Notes under the pieces: generated by a model | Told to the model about the DNA's origin: nothing | What the model saw: the letters and a program-made list of their open reading frames with translations, nothing else | The model's database searches: none | Position numbers and translations under genes: made by a program | Assembly (NCBI GenBank): GCA_963843705.1 | Contig: CAWJLQ010000009.1 | Location: 56,770 to 120,769, forward strand | Origin: an uncultured Actinomycetes bacterium | Lineage (GTDB): Bacteria > Actinomycetota > Thermoleophilia > Gaiellales > JAICJC01 | Reading direction: 5' to 3' | DNA length: 64,000 bases | Shown: one piece after another, positions 1 to 9,116 of the stretch | Position numbering within the stretch: the first letter of the stretch is position 1 | Layout of the letters: the number at the start of each line of letters is the position of its first letter

Positions 1-2
1 GC

Positions 3-263
3 TACCTGCCGATGCTGGTCCAGCCCCTGCTCGTGCTCGAGGCCAGCGCCGCCGGGCTCCAGACCGTCCGCCGCCGCGCCGCCGACCGCGGCGTCCCGGT
101 CGCCATCTCCACGGCCGAGCTGTTCGCGACCGGCGACGACGCCGCCAACCGGGCGGCGGTCGCAGCCGTCGCGACCGAGGCGCTCGACCTGGTCGGCATC
201 GGCCTGCGCGCCCCCCACCGTGACGCGGACGCGATCCTGCGCGGGCTCCGCCGCCACGCCTGA
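3..263 (+). CDS. DUF2000-family protein, C-terminal part (5' truncated by window)
   Basis: Frame is open from the window edge: YLPMLVQPLLVL...ELFATGDDAANRAAV...LDLVGIGL resembles DUF2000 proteins as I recall them. Confidence 0.65.
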   Translation, partial: YLPMLVQPLLVLEASAAGLQTVRRRAADRGVPVAISTAELFATGDDAANRAAVAAVATEALDLVGIGLRAPHRDADAILRGLRRHA

Positions 264-384
264 GACCCGCCGCCCCGACCGTCCCGCACCGCGTGCCGCG
301 ATGGTGCACGATTCCCCCGTGCTGGTGTCGGAACTCGTGGACGCCGAGGGCATCTACGCCGCCGTGCTCTGACATGATCCCGGC

Positions 385-969
385 ATCGGCGAGCTGCTCC
401 TGATCAGGCACGGCGAGACCGAGTGGAGCCGGTCCGGCCGGCACACGGGCCGCACGGACATCCCGCTGACCGACGCGGGCGTGGCCGCCGGTGAGGCGCT
501 CGCACCGGCGCTCGCCCGTCGCGACCTGGCGGCCGCGTTCACCAGTCCGCTCGTCCGTGCGAGCCGGACGGCCGAGCTGGCCGGGCTGACCGGCGCGACG
601 ACGGATCCCGACCTGGTCGAGTGGGACTACGGCGGCTACGAGGGGATGACGACGGCCCAGATCCGGGAGACGAGACCCGGCTGGTATCTGTGGCGCGACG
701 GCGTCGTCCCCGGCGACGCCGCCCATCCCGGCGAACGGCTGGATCAGGTGGGTGCGCGCACGGACGCGGTGCTCGGCCGGGTGCGGCCGCTGCTCGACGG
801 CGGCGACGTCGCCCTCGTCGCCCACGGCCATCTGCTGCGCGTGCTCACCGCGCGCTGGCTCGGCCTCGAACCCGCCGCCGGCCGCCTGTTTCGCCTCGAC
901 ACGGCCACGCTCAGCGCCCTCGGGACGGAGCACGGCCAGCCGATCATCTCCGCCTGGAACGTCCCCTGA
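385..969 (+). CDS. Histidine phosphatase (phosphoglycerate mutase family); start codon atypical
   Basis: In frame upstream of the ORF-track start: (ATC)GELLLIRHGETEWSRSGRHTGRTD with the RHG catalytic motif; also TSPLVRA, EWDYGGYEG and VAHGH motifs. Confidence 0.9.
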   Translation: MGELLLIRHGETEWSRSGRHTGRTDIPLTDAGVAAGEALAPALARRDLAAAFTSPLVRASRTAELAGLTGATTDPDLVEWDYGGYEGMTTAQIRETRPGWYLWRDGVVPGDAAHPGERLDQVGARTDAVLGRVRPLLDGGDVALVAHGHLLRVLTARWLGLEPAAGRLFRLDTATLSALGTEHGQPIISAWNVP

Positions 970-971
970 AC

Positions 972-1547
972 CTACGTTCGGGCGTATCCGCGCGCGCGGC
1001 GAACCGGCTCGGCGAGGTCGGGGGAGAGGGACGCCACGAGCCGGTCGGAGATCGGCTCCCAGCGCACGTCGAGCGTCTCCGCCTCCTGACGGCGGAGGGC
1101 TGCGCCGGCGTCGGCGAGCAGCAGGTAGCGGATGTCGAGGTGGCGGTGCGCGGGCATGTCCGGCCGGGCCGGGATGGCGTGCGCGTCGACGTCGAACGGC
1201 GCCGGCGCGTCCGGGTGCGGCTCGGCGTCGACGCCGGTCTCCTCCCGCACCTCCCGCACCGCGGCGCGCAGCGGGTCGCCCGCGTCCGCCGGGTCGAGGT
1301 GGCCGCCCGGCGGGAGCCACAGCCCGAGCTTGCGGTGCAGAACGAGCAGCAGGCGCGGAGGGCCCGCCACGGAGATCACGAAGCCGGCCGCCGTGAAGTG
1401 CGCGGGCAGCGTGGCCGGGCTGGTCGGATCGGCGGGCGCTTCGAGCGCCCTGCGCATCTCGGCGAGCGCGCCGAGCTGGCGTTCCTCGAGCGGCGCGAAC
1501 CGGTCGAGGGCGGCGGCGATGATGGGGCGGCGGTCGGTGGTCGTCAT
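972..1547 (-). CDS. NUDIX hydrolase
   Basis: HFTAAGFV...HRKLGLWLPPGGH...AAVREVREETG Nudix box. ATG at 1547 overlaps the upstream stop. Confidence 0.9.
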   Translation of the reverse strand: MTTTDRRPIIAAALDRFAPLEERQLGALAEMRRALEAPADPTSPATLPAHFTAAGFVISVAGPPRLLLVLHRKLGLWLPPGGHLDPADAGDPLRAAVREVREETGVDAEPHPDAPAPFDVDAHAIPARPDMPAHRHLDIRYLLLADAGAALRRQEAETLDVRWEPISDRLVASLSPDLAEPVRRARGYART

Positions 1548-2854
1548 CAGTAGTCGGGGAAGTCGCGTGCGGTGACGAAGGTGTAGCGCGCGACGACGCG
1601 GCCGGCCGCGTCCAGCCCAACGAGCCGAGCGGGGAGGTTGCCGGCGGCGAAGAGCGCGTCCGGAAGCACGGCGAGGTACGCGCGGCCGCGTACGTGCACG
1701 GACAGGCTCGACCCGTCCTGCAGCGCGATCCGCGCCCGGTGGACGCGGGCCGGCGCGTACCCGTAGACGACGTGCAGGCCGATGTTCGTGTCGAAAGCGG
1801 GCGCGAAGCCGCGGGCGTGCTTCGCGCACGCCTGCATCCCGGACGGCGAGGCCTGCGCCAGGGTGTCGGCGATCAGGCACAGCGCCCGCCGGCGGGCAGG
1901 GTTGACCTGCACTGACAGCCGCACCTCGGCGGGGCGGCCGTCGGTGAGGTTGCCGCCGGGTGTGTGCACGGCGCCAAACCCGATGGTCGTGCTCGCGCCG
2001 CGGGGTGGCGCCGGGGCGGCGGGTGCGGGCAGCAGACGGGGTGCGAGCATGTCGCCGCGCAGCGCCAGCCGGGCGACGACGTTGCCGGCGGCGTCGCGCG
2101 CGACGAGCGCGGTCGGAGCGTTCGCCGGCCCGGCGTCGGCGCCCTTCAGCGGGAGGGCGAAGTAGCGCACGGCCGCCGGTCGGGCGCCGGACAGCGGCAC
2201 CCGGGTGTTGCCTTGGCGGCGCACCAGCGTGAGCGACGCGGTCGCCGCCGGGACGGTGCCGTCGAGCTGCTGCGGCGGGAAGTGCAGGCGCCCGCCGGCG
2301 TCGCGCCACGCCCACAGCGAGTCGTCGCCGAGCCGGATCCGGGGCGCGAGCGGCCCGTGGACGCACGCGTAGGTGTAGCCGGTTGCGCCGCCGCTCTCGC
2401 GCAGCAGGTCGCCGGTGCAGTAGCCGCCGTCGGCGGTCGGCGCGACGTAGCGCCGGGCGAGCGTCCAGCGGGTGACGCCGCGCGCGTTCGCCGCGTCGGC
2501 GATGCGCAGGCGGGCGACCAGGCGCGCCTTGCCGGCCAGCACGTGCGTCCCGTGCGGCCAGTGGAACACGCCGCGGAGGTCGCGCCGGATCGTGACCGGT
2601 GCGGGCTGGTCGGAGTGGATGAGGCCGAGCACGAAGCGGCCCGGGACGACGTGGGCGAGCGCCGACCCGCCCAGAACGGCCACGAGCGCGGCGGCGATCA
2701 GGCCCGACCGCACCGCGAGCGTGGACGGGCGCCGGAGCAGGCGCGCCGGCCGGCGGCTGCGGAAGACGACGTCGTCCCAGTCGGCGGAGTCGTCGGCAGG
2801 CAGCGGCGTGTGCAGCTCGAGCAGGTTGGCGACGAAGGGATCGCGGTCGGTCAT
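1547..2854 (-). CDS. Membrane-anchored hypothetical protein, putative anti-sigma factor
   Basis: Overlaps the ECF sigma stop. Short N-terminal region, one hydrophobic helix (GLIAAALVAVLGGSALA), large C-terminal region with two 'DAAG.VVAR' repeats. Confidence 0.6.
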   Translation of the reverse strand: MTDRDPFVANLLELHTPLPADDSADWDDVVFRSRRPARLLRRPSTLAVRSGLIAAALVAVLGGSALAHVVPGRFVLGLIHSDQPAPVTIRRDLRGVFHWPHGTHVLAGKARLVARLRIADAANARGVTRWTLARRYVAPTADGGYCTGDLLRESGGATGYTYACVHGPLAPRIRLGDDSLWAWRDAGGRLHFPPQQLDGTVPAATASLTLVRRQGNTRVPLSGARPAAVRYFALPLKGADAGPANAPTALVARDAAGNVVARLALRGDMLAPRLLPAPAAPAPPRGASTTIGFGAVHTPGGNLTDGRPAEVRLSVQVNPARRRALCLIADTLAQASPSGMQACAKHARGFAPAFDTNIGLHVVYGYAPARVHRARIALQDGSSLSVHVRGRAYLAVLPDALFAAGNLPARLVGLDAAGRVVARYTFVTARDFPDY

Positions 2855-3366
2855 CGGCTCTCCTCGGCCATCGCACGCAGCGCGGCGTGCGCGGCGTTCA
2901 GGGTCGCGCCGACGGTGCCCGGCTGGATGTCCAGCGCCGCGGCGATGGCGGCGTAGTCAAGGTCGGCGTAGTAGCGCAGGAAGAGCACCGTGCGCTGGCG
3001 CTCCGGCAGGCGCATGACCATGGCCCGCACGCCGCCATGGTCGTCGTTCTCTGCGGCCGCCGCGCGCTCGGGAAGCGCCTCGGCCGGGACGAGCGTGCGT
3101 GCCCGGCGGCGGTCGCGGGCTGCGTTCACGACCGCCCGCCACAGCCAGCCCTCCAGCGACCCGTGGCCGCGGAACGACGATCGCGCCCGCAGGGCGCGGG
3201 CGAAGCCATCCTGGACGGCGTCGTGGGCGCCCTCGCGGTCGCCGGTGATCGCCCACGCCACGCGCACGAGCTGCGCGTGCCGGCTGCGGTAGACCGCCTC
3301 GATCTCTTCCGGGTCGGCCCCGCCGGAGCGTGCGGCGCCGGACGGCAGCGTGGAGGTGCGCGTCAT
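2851..3366 (-). CDS. ECF RNA polymerase sigma-70 factor
   Basis: Region 2 (AHDAVQDGF...WLWRAVVN) and region 4 (LPERQRTVLFLRYYADL...IAAALDIQPGTV). Confidence 0.9.
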   Translation of the reverse strand: MTRTSTLPSGAARSGGADPEEIEAVYRSRHAQLVRVAWAITGDREGAHDAVQDGFARALRARSSFRGHGSLEGWLWRAVVNAARDRRRARTLVPAEALPERAAAAENDDHGGVRAMVMRLPERQRTVLFLRYYADLDYAAIAAALDIQPGTVGATLNAAHAALRAMAEESR

Positions 3367-3374
3367 GCAGGTAC

Positions 3375-3400
3375 GACGGCGGCCAAGGCGAAAACGTTTA
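3375..3400 (-). promoter_or_regulatory. Putative autoregulatory ECF promoter (TAAAC-N17-CGTC)
   Basis: Minus strand reads TAAAC gttttcgccttggccgc CGTC, 8 nt before the sigma ATG. Matches the general ECF AAC...CGT pattern. Confidence 0.5.
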
Positions 3401-5020
3401 CCCGGCCCGCGCGCCCGGCCCGCGCACGAACCGCCCGGCCAGCGCGCCGGTGTGCTCGCCGCCGCGGACGGTGGCGACGCCGTTCACCCACACGTCGCGC
3501 ACGCCCTCGGCCAGCCGGTGCGGATCGGCGAACGTGGCCGTGTCGCGCACGCGCGCCGGGTCGAGCACGACCAGGTCGGCGTGCATGCCGGCGGCCAGCC
3601 GCCCCCGGTCGCGGACGCCGAGGCGCGCCGCCACGGCGCCGCTCATCTTGCGGACGGCGTCCTCGAGCCCGAGCACGCCCTCGTCGCGGGAGTAATGGCC
3701 GAGCACGCGGGCGAACGTCCCGTAGTCGCGCGGGTGCACCGGCCCGTCGGCGGCCGCCCAGGCGGGGTCGATCCCGCAGCCGTCGGAGCACACCGCCACC
3801 CAGTCGAGCCGCAGCTGGTCGCGCACGTTTCGCTCCGACATCTCGTGGTAGATCGTGAACACCTCGCGCCCCTCCGCCAGCAGCAGGTCGAACACGGCGT
3901 CGATCCAGTCGCCGCCGCGCGCCGCCGCGATCTCGGCCAGGTTGCGGCCGACGTACGCACGGTGCTCGGGCAGCCGCAGCCCGACCGGCACCGTCGTCTC
4001 GGGCGGGCCGGGGTCGTCCACCTCCGGCGTGCCCGCCGCCAGCTGCGCCCGCACCCAGTCGCGCACGCCCGGCTCGGCGAGGCGCTCGAAGAGACGCCCG
4101 TCGGCGGCCAGGCTGACGGGCAGCCGCGCCGAGAGCCCCGTCCCCGAGGCGGCGTAGGGGTACATGTCGGCGGCGATCCGGGCGCCGCCGGCGCGAGCGG
4201 CCTCGATGCGCTCGATCGCCGGCGCCATCAGGTGCCAGTTGCGCTGCCCTCCCGACGCCTTCAGGTGGTAGATCTCGGTCGTCGCGCCGGAGCGGCGGCC
4301 GATCGCGATCGCCTCGTCGAGTCCCTCCAGCAGGCGGTCGCTCTCCGACCGGATGTGCGTCGCGTACATGCCGCCGGCGGCGGCGACGACGCGGGCCACC
4401 TCGACGATCTCTTCGGTCGAGGCGTAGGCGTCCGGCGGGTAGATGAGCGCGTAGGCGACCCCCATCGCCCCGTCGCGCATCGCCTCGGTGGCGACGCCGC
4501 GCATGACGTCGAGCTCGGCAGCGGACGCCGCCCCGGTGCGCATGCCGCAGGCGTACTCGCGCACGGTGCCGCCGCCGATGAAGGACGCGACGTTCGGCGA
4601 GACGCCGGCCTGCTCGAGCGCCTCCAGCCAGTCGCCGAAGCGGCGCCAGCCCCGGATCCGCTCCAGCCACTCGGAGGGGACGCCCTCGATCCACGGGTCG
4701 GGCGCGCCCACCAGGCCGCCGTGCGGCGCCGGCGAGTACGCCTCACCCATCACCTCCGTGGTCACGCCCTGGACGACCTTGGAGAGCGAGCGCCCGTCGA
4801 CGAACAGCGGCCACAGGGAGTGGCTCATGATGTCGATGAATCCGGGGCAGACCACCAGGCCGCGCGCGTCGACGACCTCCGCCGCGGCGCCGAGCTCCCC
4901 CGGCGCGGCCACGGCCGCGATCCGGTCGCCGGCGACGCCGACGTCGGCCGGCCGGCCGGGGGCGCCGGTGCCGTCGATCAGCGTCGCGCCGGTGACGGCC
5001 AGGTCGAGCCGGCCGCTCAC
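3398..5020 (-). CDS. N-acyl-D-amino-acid deacylase family amidohydrolase
   Basis: VDARGLVVCPGFID, THIRSE, IYHLKA, ADMYPY, HPRDYGTFARVL, DLVVLDP motifs. GTG at 5020 overlaps the upstream TGA. Confidence 0.9.
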   Translation of the reverse strand: MSGRLDLAVTGATLIDGTGAPGRPADVGVAGDRIAAVAAPGELGAAAEVVDARGLVVCPGFIDIMSHSLWPLFVDGRSLSKVVQGVTTEVMGEAYSPAPHGGLVGAPDPWIEGVPSEWLERIRGWRRFGDWLEALEQAGVSPNVASFIGGGTVREYACGMRTGAASAAELDVMRGVATEAMRDGAMGVAYALIYPPDAYASTEEIVEVARVVAAAGGMYATHIRSESDRLLEGLDEAIAIGRRSGATTEIYHLKASGGQRNWHLMAPAIERIEAARAGGARIAADMYPYAASGTGLSARLPVSLAADGRLFERLAEPGVRDWVRAQLAAGTPEVDDPGPPETTVPVGLRLPEHRAYVGRNLAEIAAARGGDWIDAVFDLLLAEGREVFTIYHEMSERNVRDQLRLDWVAVCSDGCGIDPAWAAADGPVHPRDYGTFARVLGHYSRDEGVLGLEDAVRKMSGAVAARLGVRDRGRLAAGMHADLVVLDPARVRDTATFADPHRLAEGVRDVWVNGVATVRGGEHTGALAGRFVRGPGARAG

Positions 5021-5826
5021 GACGCTCCCGGACGCCCGAGCGCCAGCCGGCGCTGCGGCCGCCACCCCGGGGCGGGCACGCTCGCGCGCAGCAGCCGGGT
5101 GTACTCCTCCCGGGGGTGGTCGAGCACCTGCGCCGTCGAGCCGCGCTCGACGACGGCGCCGCGGCGCATGACGATCGTCTCGTCGGTGAGCTGGCGCACG
5201 ACCGCCAGGTCGTGGCTGATCAGGACGAACGAGATGCTGGTCGCGTCGCGGATGTCGGCGAGCAGGTTGAGCACCTGCGCCTGGATCGACACGTCGAGCG
5301 CCGACACCGACTCGTCGAGGATGACGACGCGCGGCTCGGCCGCGAGCGCGCGGGCGATCGCGACCCGCTGGCGCTGGCCGCCCGAGAGCGCACGCGGGAG
5401 GGCGCGCACCTGGCGCTCGTCGAGCCCGACCAGCCCGGCCAGCTCGTCCACGCGGGCGCGGCGCGCGCCGGCGCCGCCGCCCCGGTGCAGCCGCACGACC
5501 TCGTCCAGCGACGCCGCCACCGTCTGGCGGGGATCGAGGCTCGAGTACGGGTCCTGGAAGACGATCTGCACCTCGCCGCCGCGGCGGCGGCGCTCCGACG
5601 CCGACCGGGCGGGCTGGGAGCGGTCGCGCCCGCACGCGCGGATCGTCCCCGCCGTCGGCCGCTCGAGCCCGACGATCATCCGGGCGACGGTCGTCTTGCC
5701 CGAGCCGGACTCGCCGACGATCGCGAGCGAGCCGCCCTCGGGCAGCGCGAACTCGACGTCGTCCACGGCGACCAGGGGGCCGAACTCCTTGCGCAGTCCG
5801 GCGACGGTGAGGATCGGCTCAGGCAT
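5017..5826 (-). CDS. Peptide/nickel ABC transporter ATP-binding protein (DppF/OppF-like)
   Basis: GESGSGKT, VFQDPYSSLDP, LSGGQRQR, ILDESVSALD. Confidence 0.92.
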   Translation of the reverse strand: MPEPILTVAGLRKEFGPLVAVDDVEFALPEGGSLAIVGESGSGKTTVARMIVGLERPTAGTIRACGRDRSQPARSASERRRRGGEVQIVFQDPYSSLDPRQTVAASLDEVVRLHRGGGAGARRARVDELAGLVGLDERQVRALPRALSGGQRQRVAIARALAAEPRVVILDESVSALDVSIQAQVLNLLADIRDATSISFVLISHDLAVVRQLTDETIVMRRGAVVERGSTAQVLDHPREEYTRLLRASVPAPGWRPQRRLALGRPGAS

Positions 5827-6808
5827 GGCCCGCCGTGGCCAGCTCGCCGCGCAGCTCCTCGGCCCGCACGCAGCGCACGAGCCCGCCGCCCAGGTGCCGC
5901 AGCGGCGGCCGCGTCTGCGCGCAGCGCTCCTGCGCGTGCGCGCACCGCGACGCGAACGCGCATCCCGGCGGCGCCTCGAACGCCGACAGCGGCCGGCCGG
6001 GGATCGCCCGCAGCCGCGCCGCCGTCTCCGCCACGCTCGGCCGGGCGGCGATCAGGCCGGACGTGTACGGGTGCAGCGGATCGCCGTGCAGGAGCTGCGA
6101 GGGCTGCATCTCGACGATCTGGCCCGCGTACATGACGGTCGTGCGGTCGCAGACGGCCGCCGCCAGGTCGAGGTCGTGGGTGATGAAGAGCAGCGCCAGG
6201 CCGAGGTCGCGGCGGAGCGCGTCGAGGATCGCCATCACCTCCGCCTGGATGGTCACGTCGAGGGCGGTGGTCGGCTCGTCGGCGAGGATCAGGCGCGGCT
6301 CGGTGAGCAGCGCGGCCGCGATCATGACCCGCTGCAGCATCCCGCCGGAGAGCTCGTGCGGGTACTGCCCCAGCCGCCGCTCGCCGTCCTCGATGCCGAC
6401 CTCCTCGAGCAGGTGGACGGCGCGCCGGCGGGCCTGCGCGGCCGGGACGCCGCCGTTCGTGCGCAGCGCCTCGGTCATGAAGTCGCCGATGCGGCGCACC
6501 GGGTTCACGTGCGCCCGCGGATCCTGGAAGATCGTCGCCACCTCGCCGCGGAACTCGCGCAGCGCCGCCCCGCGCAGCGACAGGACGTCGCGGCCGTCGA
6601 ACCGGATCGATCCGTCGACCGCCGCGCGGGCCGGCAGCAGGCGTGCGATCGCGCGGGCGGTCATCGACTTGCCCGACCCCGACTCGCCGACCAGGCCGAC
6701 CGCCTCCCCCTCGGCGATCTCGAGGCCGACCTCCTGCAGCACGGTGCGCGGCTCGCCCTCGACCACCAGGCGCACCGTCAGCCGCTCGACCTCGAGCAGG
6801 GCGGTCAC
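5819..6808 (-). CDS. Peptide/nickel ABC transporter ATP-binding protein (DppD/OppD-like)
   Basis: GESGSGKS, YPHELSGGMLQR, ADEPTTALD and C-terminal HPYT...GCAFASRC domain. GTG start at 6808. Confidence 0.92.
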   Translation of the reverse strand: MTALLEVERLTVRLVVEGEPRTVLQEVGLEIAEGEAVGLVGESGSGKSMTARAIARLLPARAAVDGSIRFDGRDVLSLRGAALREFRGEVATIFQDPRAHVNPVRRIGDFMTEALRTNGGVPAAQARRRAVHLLEEVGIEDGERRLGQYPHELSGGMLQRVMIAAALLTEPRLILADEPTTALDVTIQAEVMAILDALRRDLGLALLFITHDLDLAAAVCDRTTVMYAGQIVEMQPSQLLHGDPLHPYTSGLIAARPSVAETAARLRAIPGRPLSAFEAPPGCAFASRCAHAQERCAQTRPPLRHLGGGLVRCVRAEELRGELATAGHA

Positions 6809-8253
6809 GTCGCGGGCGCCTCCTGCGCGATCGCAGGCCGGCGCTCGGCGGCGTCCAGCCACGGCCGCACCTGCTCGAGGGCTGCGCCGAGGCGGAAGGG
6901 GACGACGTCGTCGTACGTCCGGCCGACGATCTGGACGCCGACGGGCAGCCCGTTGTCGGCGAAGCCGCCGGGCACGACCAGCACCGGGCAGCGGCTGAGA
7001 ATGTTGAACGTGGGCGTGAGCATCGAGACGAAATAGTGCTCCAGGTGGCGGCCGCCGACGTCGAGGCCGTGGCCGACGTAGTCGTCGCCCGCGACCAGGC
7101 CGCGCGCGCCGCAGGTCGGGCACAGCAGCGCGTCGTAGTCCTCGAGCAGCTCCCCGAGGGGCGGGTAGAGCGCCGCCTCGATCTCGATCTTCTCGAGCTG
7201 GGCGCCGGGGTGGGCGTACTCGCCCGTCCAGCGGGCGAAGTCGAGCGCGTAGGCGGTCATCAGGTCGCCGTGCTTCGTGGCCATCTCGTTGATCCAGGCG
7301 GCGAACCCGAGCGCGAAGTGCAGCTCGGCGGCGCGGTGCACCTGCTCGCTCGGCAGGTGCAGGTCGACCTCGTCCACCTGCACGCCCGCCTCCCGCAGCG
7401 CCGCTGCGGCGGCGAGCGTGGCGGCGGCGACGTCCGGGTCGACCGGGTGGTCGCCGAGGTCGACCGAGACGGCGACGCGCAGGCCGGCCGCCGGCTCGAG
7501 CTGCGCGGGGATCTCGAGCTTGGGCCGCAACGAGACGTGATCGTGCGGGTGCGGGCCGGCGAGGACGTTCTCGAAGAGCGCGCAATCCGCCACGGTGCGC
7601 GCCAGCGGGCCGCAGTGGCAGTAGACGTCGAGGTTGAACGGCGCCACCTGCGGTACGCGGCCGTACGGCGGCTTGAACCCGACGACGCCGTTGTAGGCGG
7701 CCGGGATCCGGATCGAGCCGCCGATGTCCGAGCCGCTTGCCAGGGTGGCCGTGCCCGAGGCGAGGGCGGCGCCCGAGCCGCCCGACGAGCCGCCCACGCC
7801 GAAGCCGGGGTTCCAGGGGTTGCGGGTCACCCCCCACAGGCGCGAGTGGGTGAACCCGGCGCACGAGAACTCGGGCGCGGTCGTCCGCGCGTGCACGATC
7901 GCGCCGGAGTCGAGGATGCGCTCGGCGAACGGCGAGGAGTGCTCGGCGACGGTGTCCTTGTAGATCAGCGAGCCCTGCGTCCAGGGCTGCCCCGCCACCT
8001 CCTCCTCTTCCTTGACCGCGGTCGGGATCCCCTCCAGCGGCCGCGGCGCCGGCCCGCGGCCCATGTAGCGGGCCTCGGCCTCCCGCGCCTGCGACCGCGC
8101 GTCGTCGAAGAAGCGGTGGCAGAGCGCGTTCACCGTCGGCTCGACCTGCTCGGAGCGGGCGATGACGGCCTCGAGCAGCTCGACCGGCGAGAGCTCGTGC
8201 GAGCGGAACATCCGCAGCGCGTCGGTTGCGGAGAGATAGTGGAGATCGGTCAT
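6805..8253 (-). CDS. Amidase-signature family amidase
   Basis: GIPTAVK (catalytic Lys), GGSSGGS, GSDIGGSIRIPA. Confidence 0.93.
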   Translation of the reverse strand: MTDLHYLSATDALRMFRSHELSPVELLEAVIARSEQVEPTVNALCHRFFDDARSQAREAEARYMGRGPAPRPLEGIPTAVKEEEEVAGQPWTQGSLIYKDTVAEHSSPFAERILDSGAIVHARTTAPEFSCAGFTHSRLWGVTRNPWNPGFGVGGSSGGSGAALASGTATLASGSDIGGSIRIPAAYNGVVGFKPPYGRVPQVAPFNLDVYCHCGPLARTVADCALFENVLAGPHPHDHVSLRPKLEIPAQLEPAAGLRVAVSVDLGDHPVDPDVAAATLAAAAALREAGVQVDEVDLHLPSEQVHRAAELHFALGFAAWINEMATKHGDLMTAYALDFARWTGEYAHPGAQLEKIEIEAALYPPLGELLEDYDALLCPTCGARGLVAGDDYVGHGLDVGGRHLEHYFVSMLTPTFNILSRCPVLVVPGGFADNGLPVGVQIVGRTYDDVVPFRLGAALEQVRPWLDAAERRPAIAQEAPAT

Positions 8254-9116
8254 GCGGCGCTCCTTTGCGCGTCGTCGGTCAGTCGCTCGCCGAGCAGATT
8301 CACCGCCACGACCACGATCATGATCGCGACGCCCGCCGCCAGCGACTCGGCGGGATAGCCCTGCAGCACGCCCGTCTCGCCCTCGGCGACCATCACACCC
8401 CAGTCGGCCTGCGGCGGCTGCACGCCGAGGCCGATGAACGAGATCGCCGCCAGGTCGACCATGGCGTACCCGAACAGCACCGTGCCCTGCGCGACGATCA
8501 GGCGCAGGATGTTGGGGACGAGATGCCGGGCGCAGATGGCGACGCCCGAGAACCCCTGCACCTCGAGCGCCTCGACGTAGGCCTGGCCGCGCTCGCGCAG
8601 GGCCGCGCCGCGCAGCACGCGGGCGACGTAGGGCATGTAGGCGACCGCGAGGGCCGTCGCCGCGGCCACCAGGCTGGGCCCGAACACGGCTGCGGCCAGC
8701 ACGGCGAGCAGGATGCCCGGGAAGGCGAAGAGGACGTCGAGCACGGCCGAGACGGCGGTATCGAACCAGCCGCCGATCCAGGCCGTGGCGACCGCGGTCG
8801 CCGTCCCGATCGCGACCGCGGCGGCGGCGACGGCGAGCGGGCCGAGCACCGACGTGCGCGCACCCGCGAGCACGCGCGCGAGCAGGTCGCGGCCGTTGCC
8901 GTCGAAGCCGAGCAGGTGGCCGCCGGCCGGCCCCAGGTAGGCCTTGGTCAGGTCGGCCGCGTTGGGGTCGTAGGGTGCGAGCGCCCGCCCGAACACGGCG
9001 AGCACCAGGGCGGCGACGATCACCGCCGCGCAGGTGTAGCCCAGGACGCCGGCGTGGGTGCGGCGGCGGACGCCCGACCGGCGCAGGCGCTGCGTGAGCG
9101 TGGACGCAACCGTCAC
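8250..9116 (-). CDS. Peptide ABC transporter permease (DppC-like)
   Basis: HLLGFDGNGRD, YVEAL, RHLVPN, GLGVQPPQADWG. Confidence 0.92.
   Translation of the reverse strand: MTVASTLTQRLRRSGVRRRTHAGVLGYTCAAVIVAALVLAVFGRALAPYDPNAADLTKAYLGPAGGHLLGFDGNGRDLLARVLAGARTSVLGPLAVAAAAVAIGTATAVATAWIGGWFDTAVSAVLDVLFAFPGILLAVLAAAVFGPSLVAAATALAVAYMPYVARVLRGAALRERGQAYVEALEVQGFSGVAICARHLVPNILRLIVAQGTVLFGYAMVDLAAISFIGLGVQPPQADWGVMVAEGETGVLQGYPAESLAAGVAIMIVVVAVNLLGERLTDDAQRSAA

Noticed and set aside
3350-7036. Very long plus-strand ORF (1228 aa) and many similar long antisense or alternate-frame ORFs
   Set aside because: Shadow ORFs typical of high-GC DNA. They are Arg/Ala/Pro-rich, lack motifs and lie opposite or within well-supported genes.
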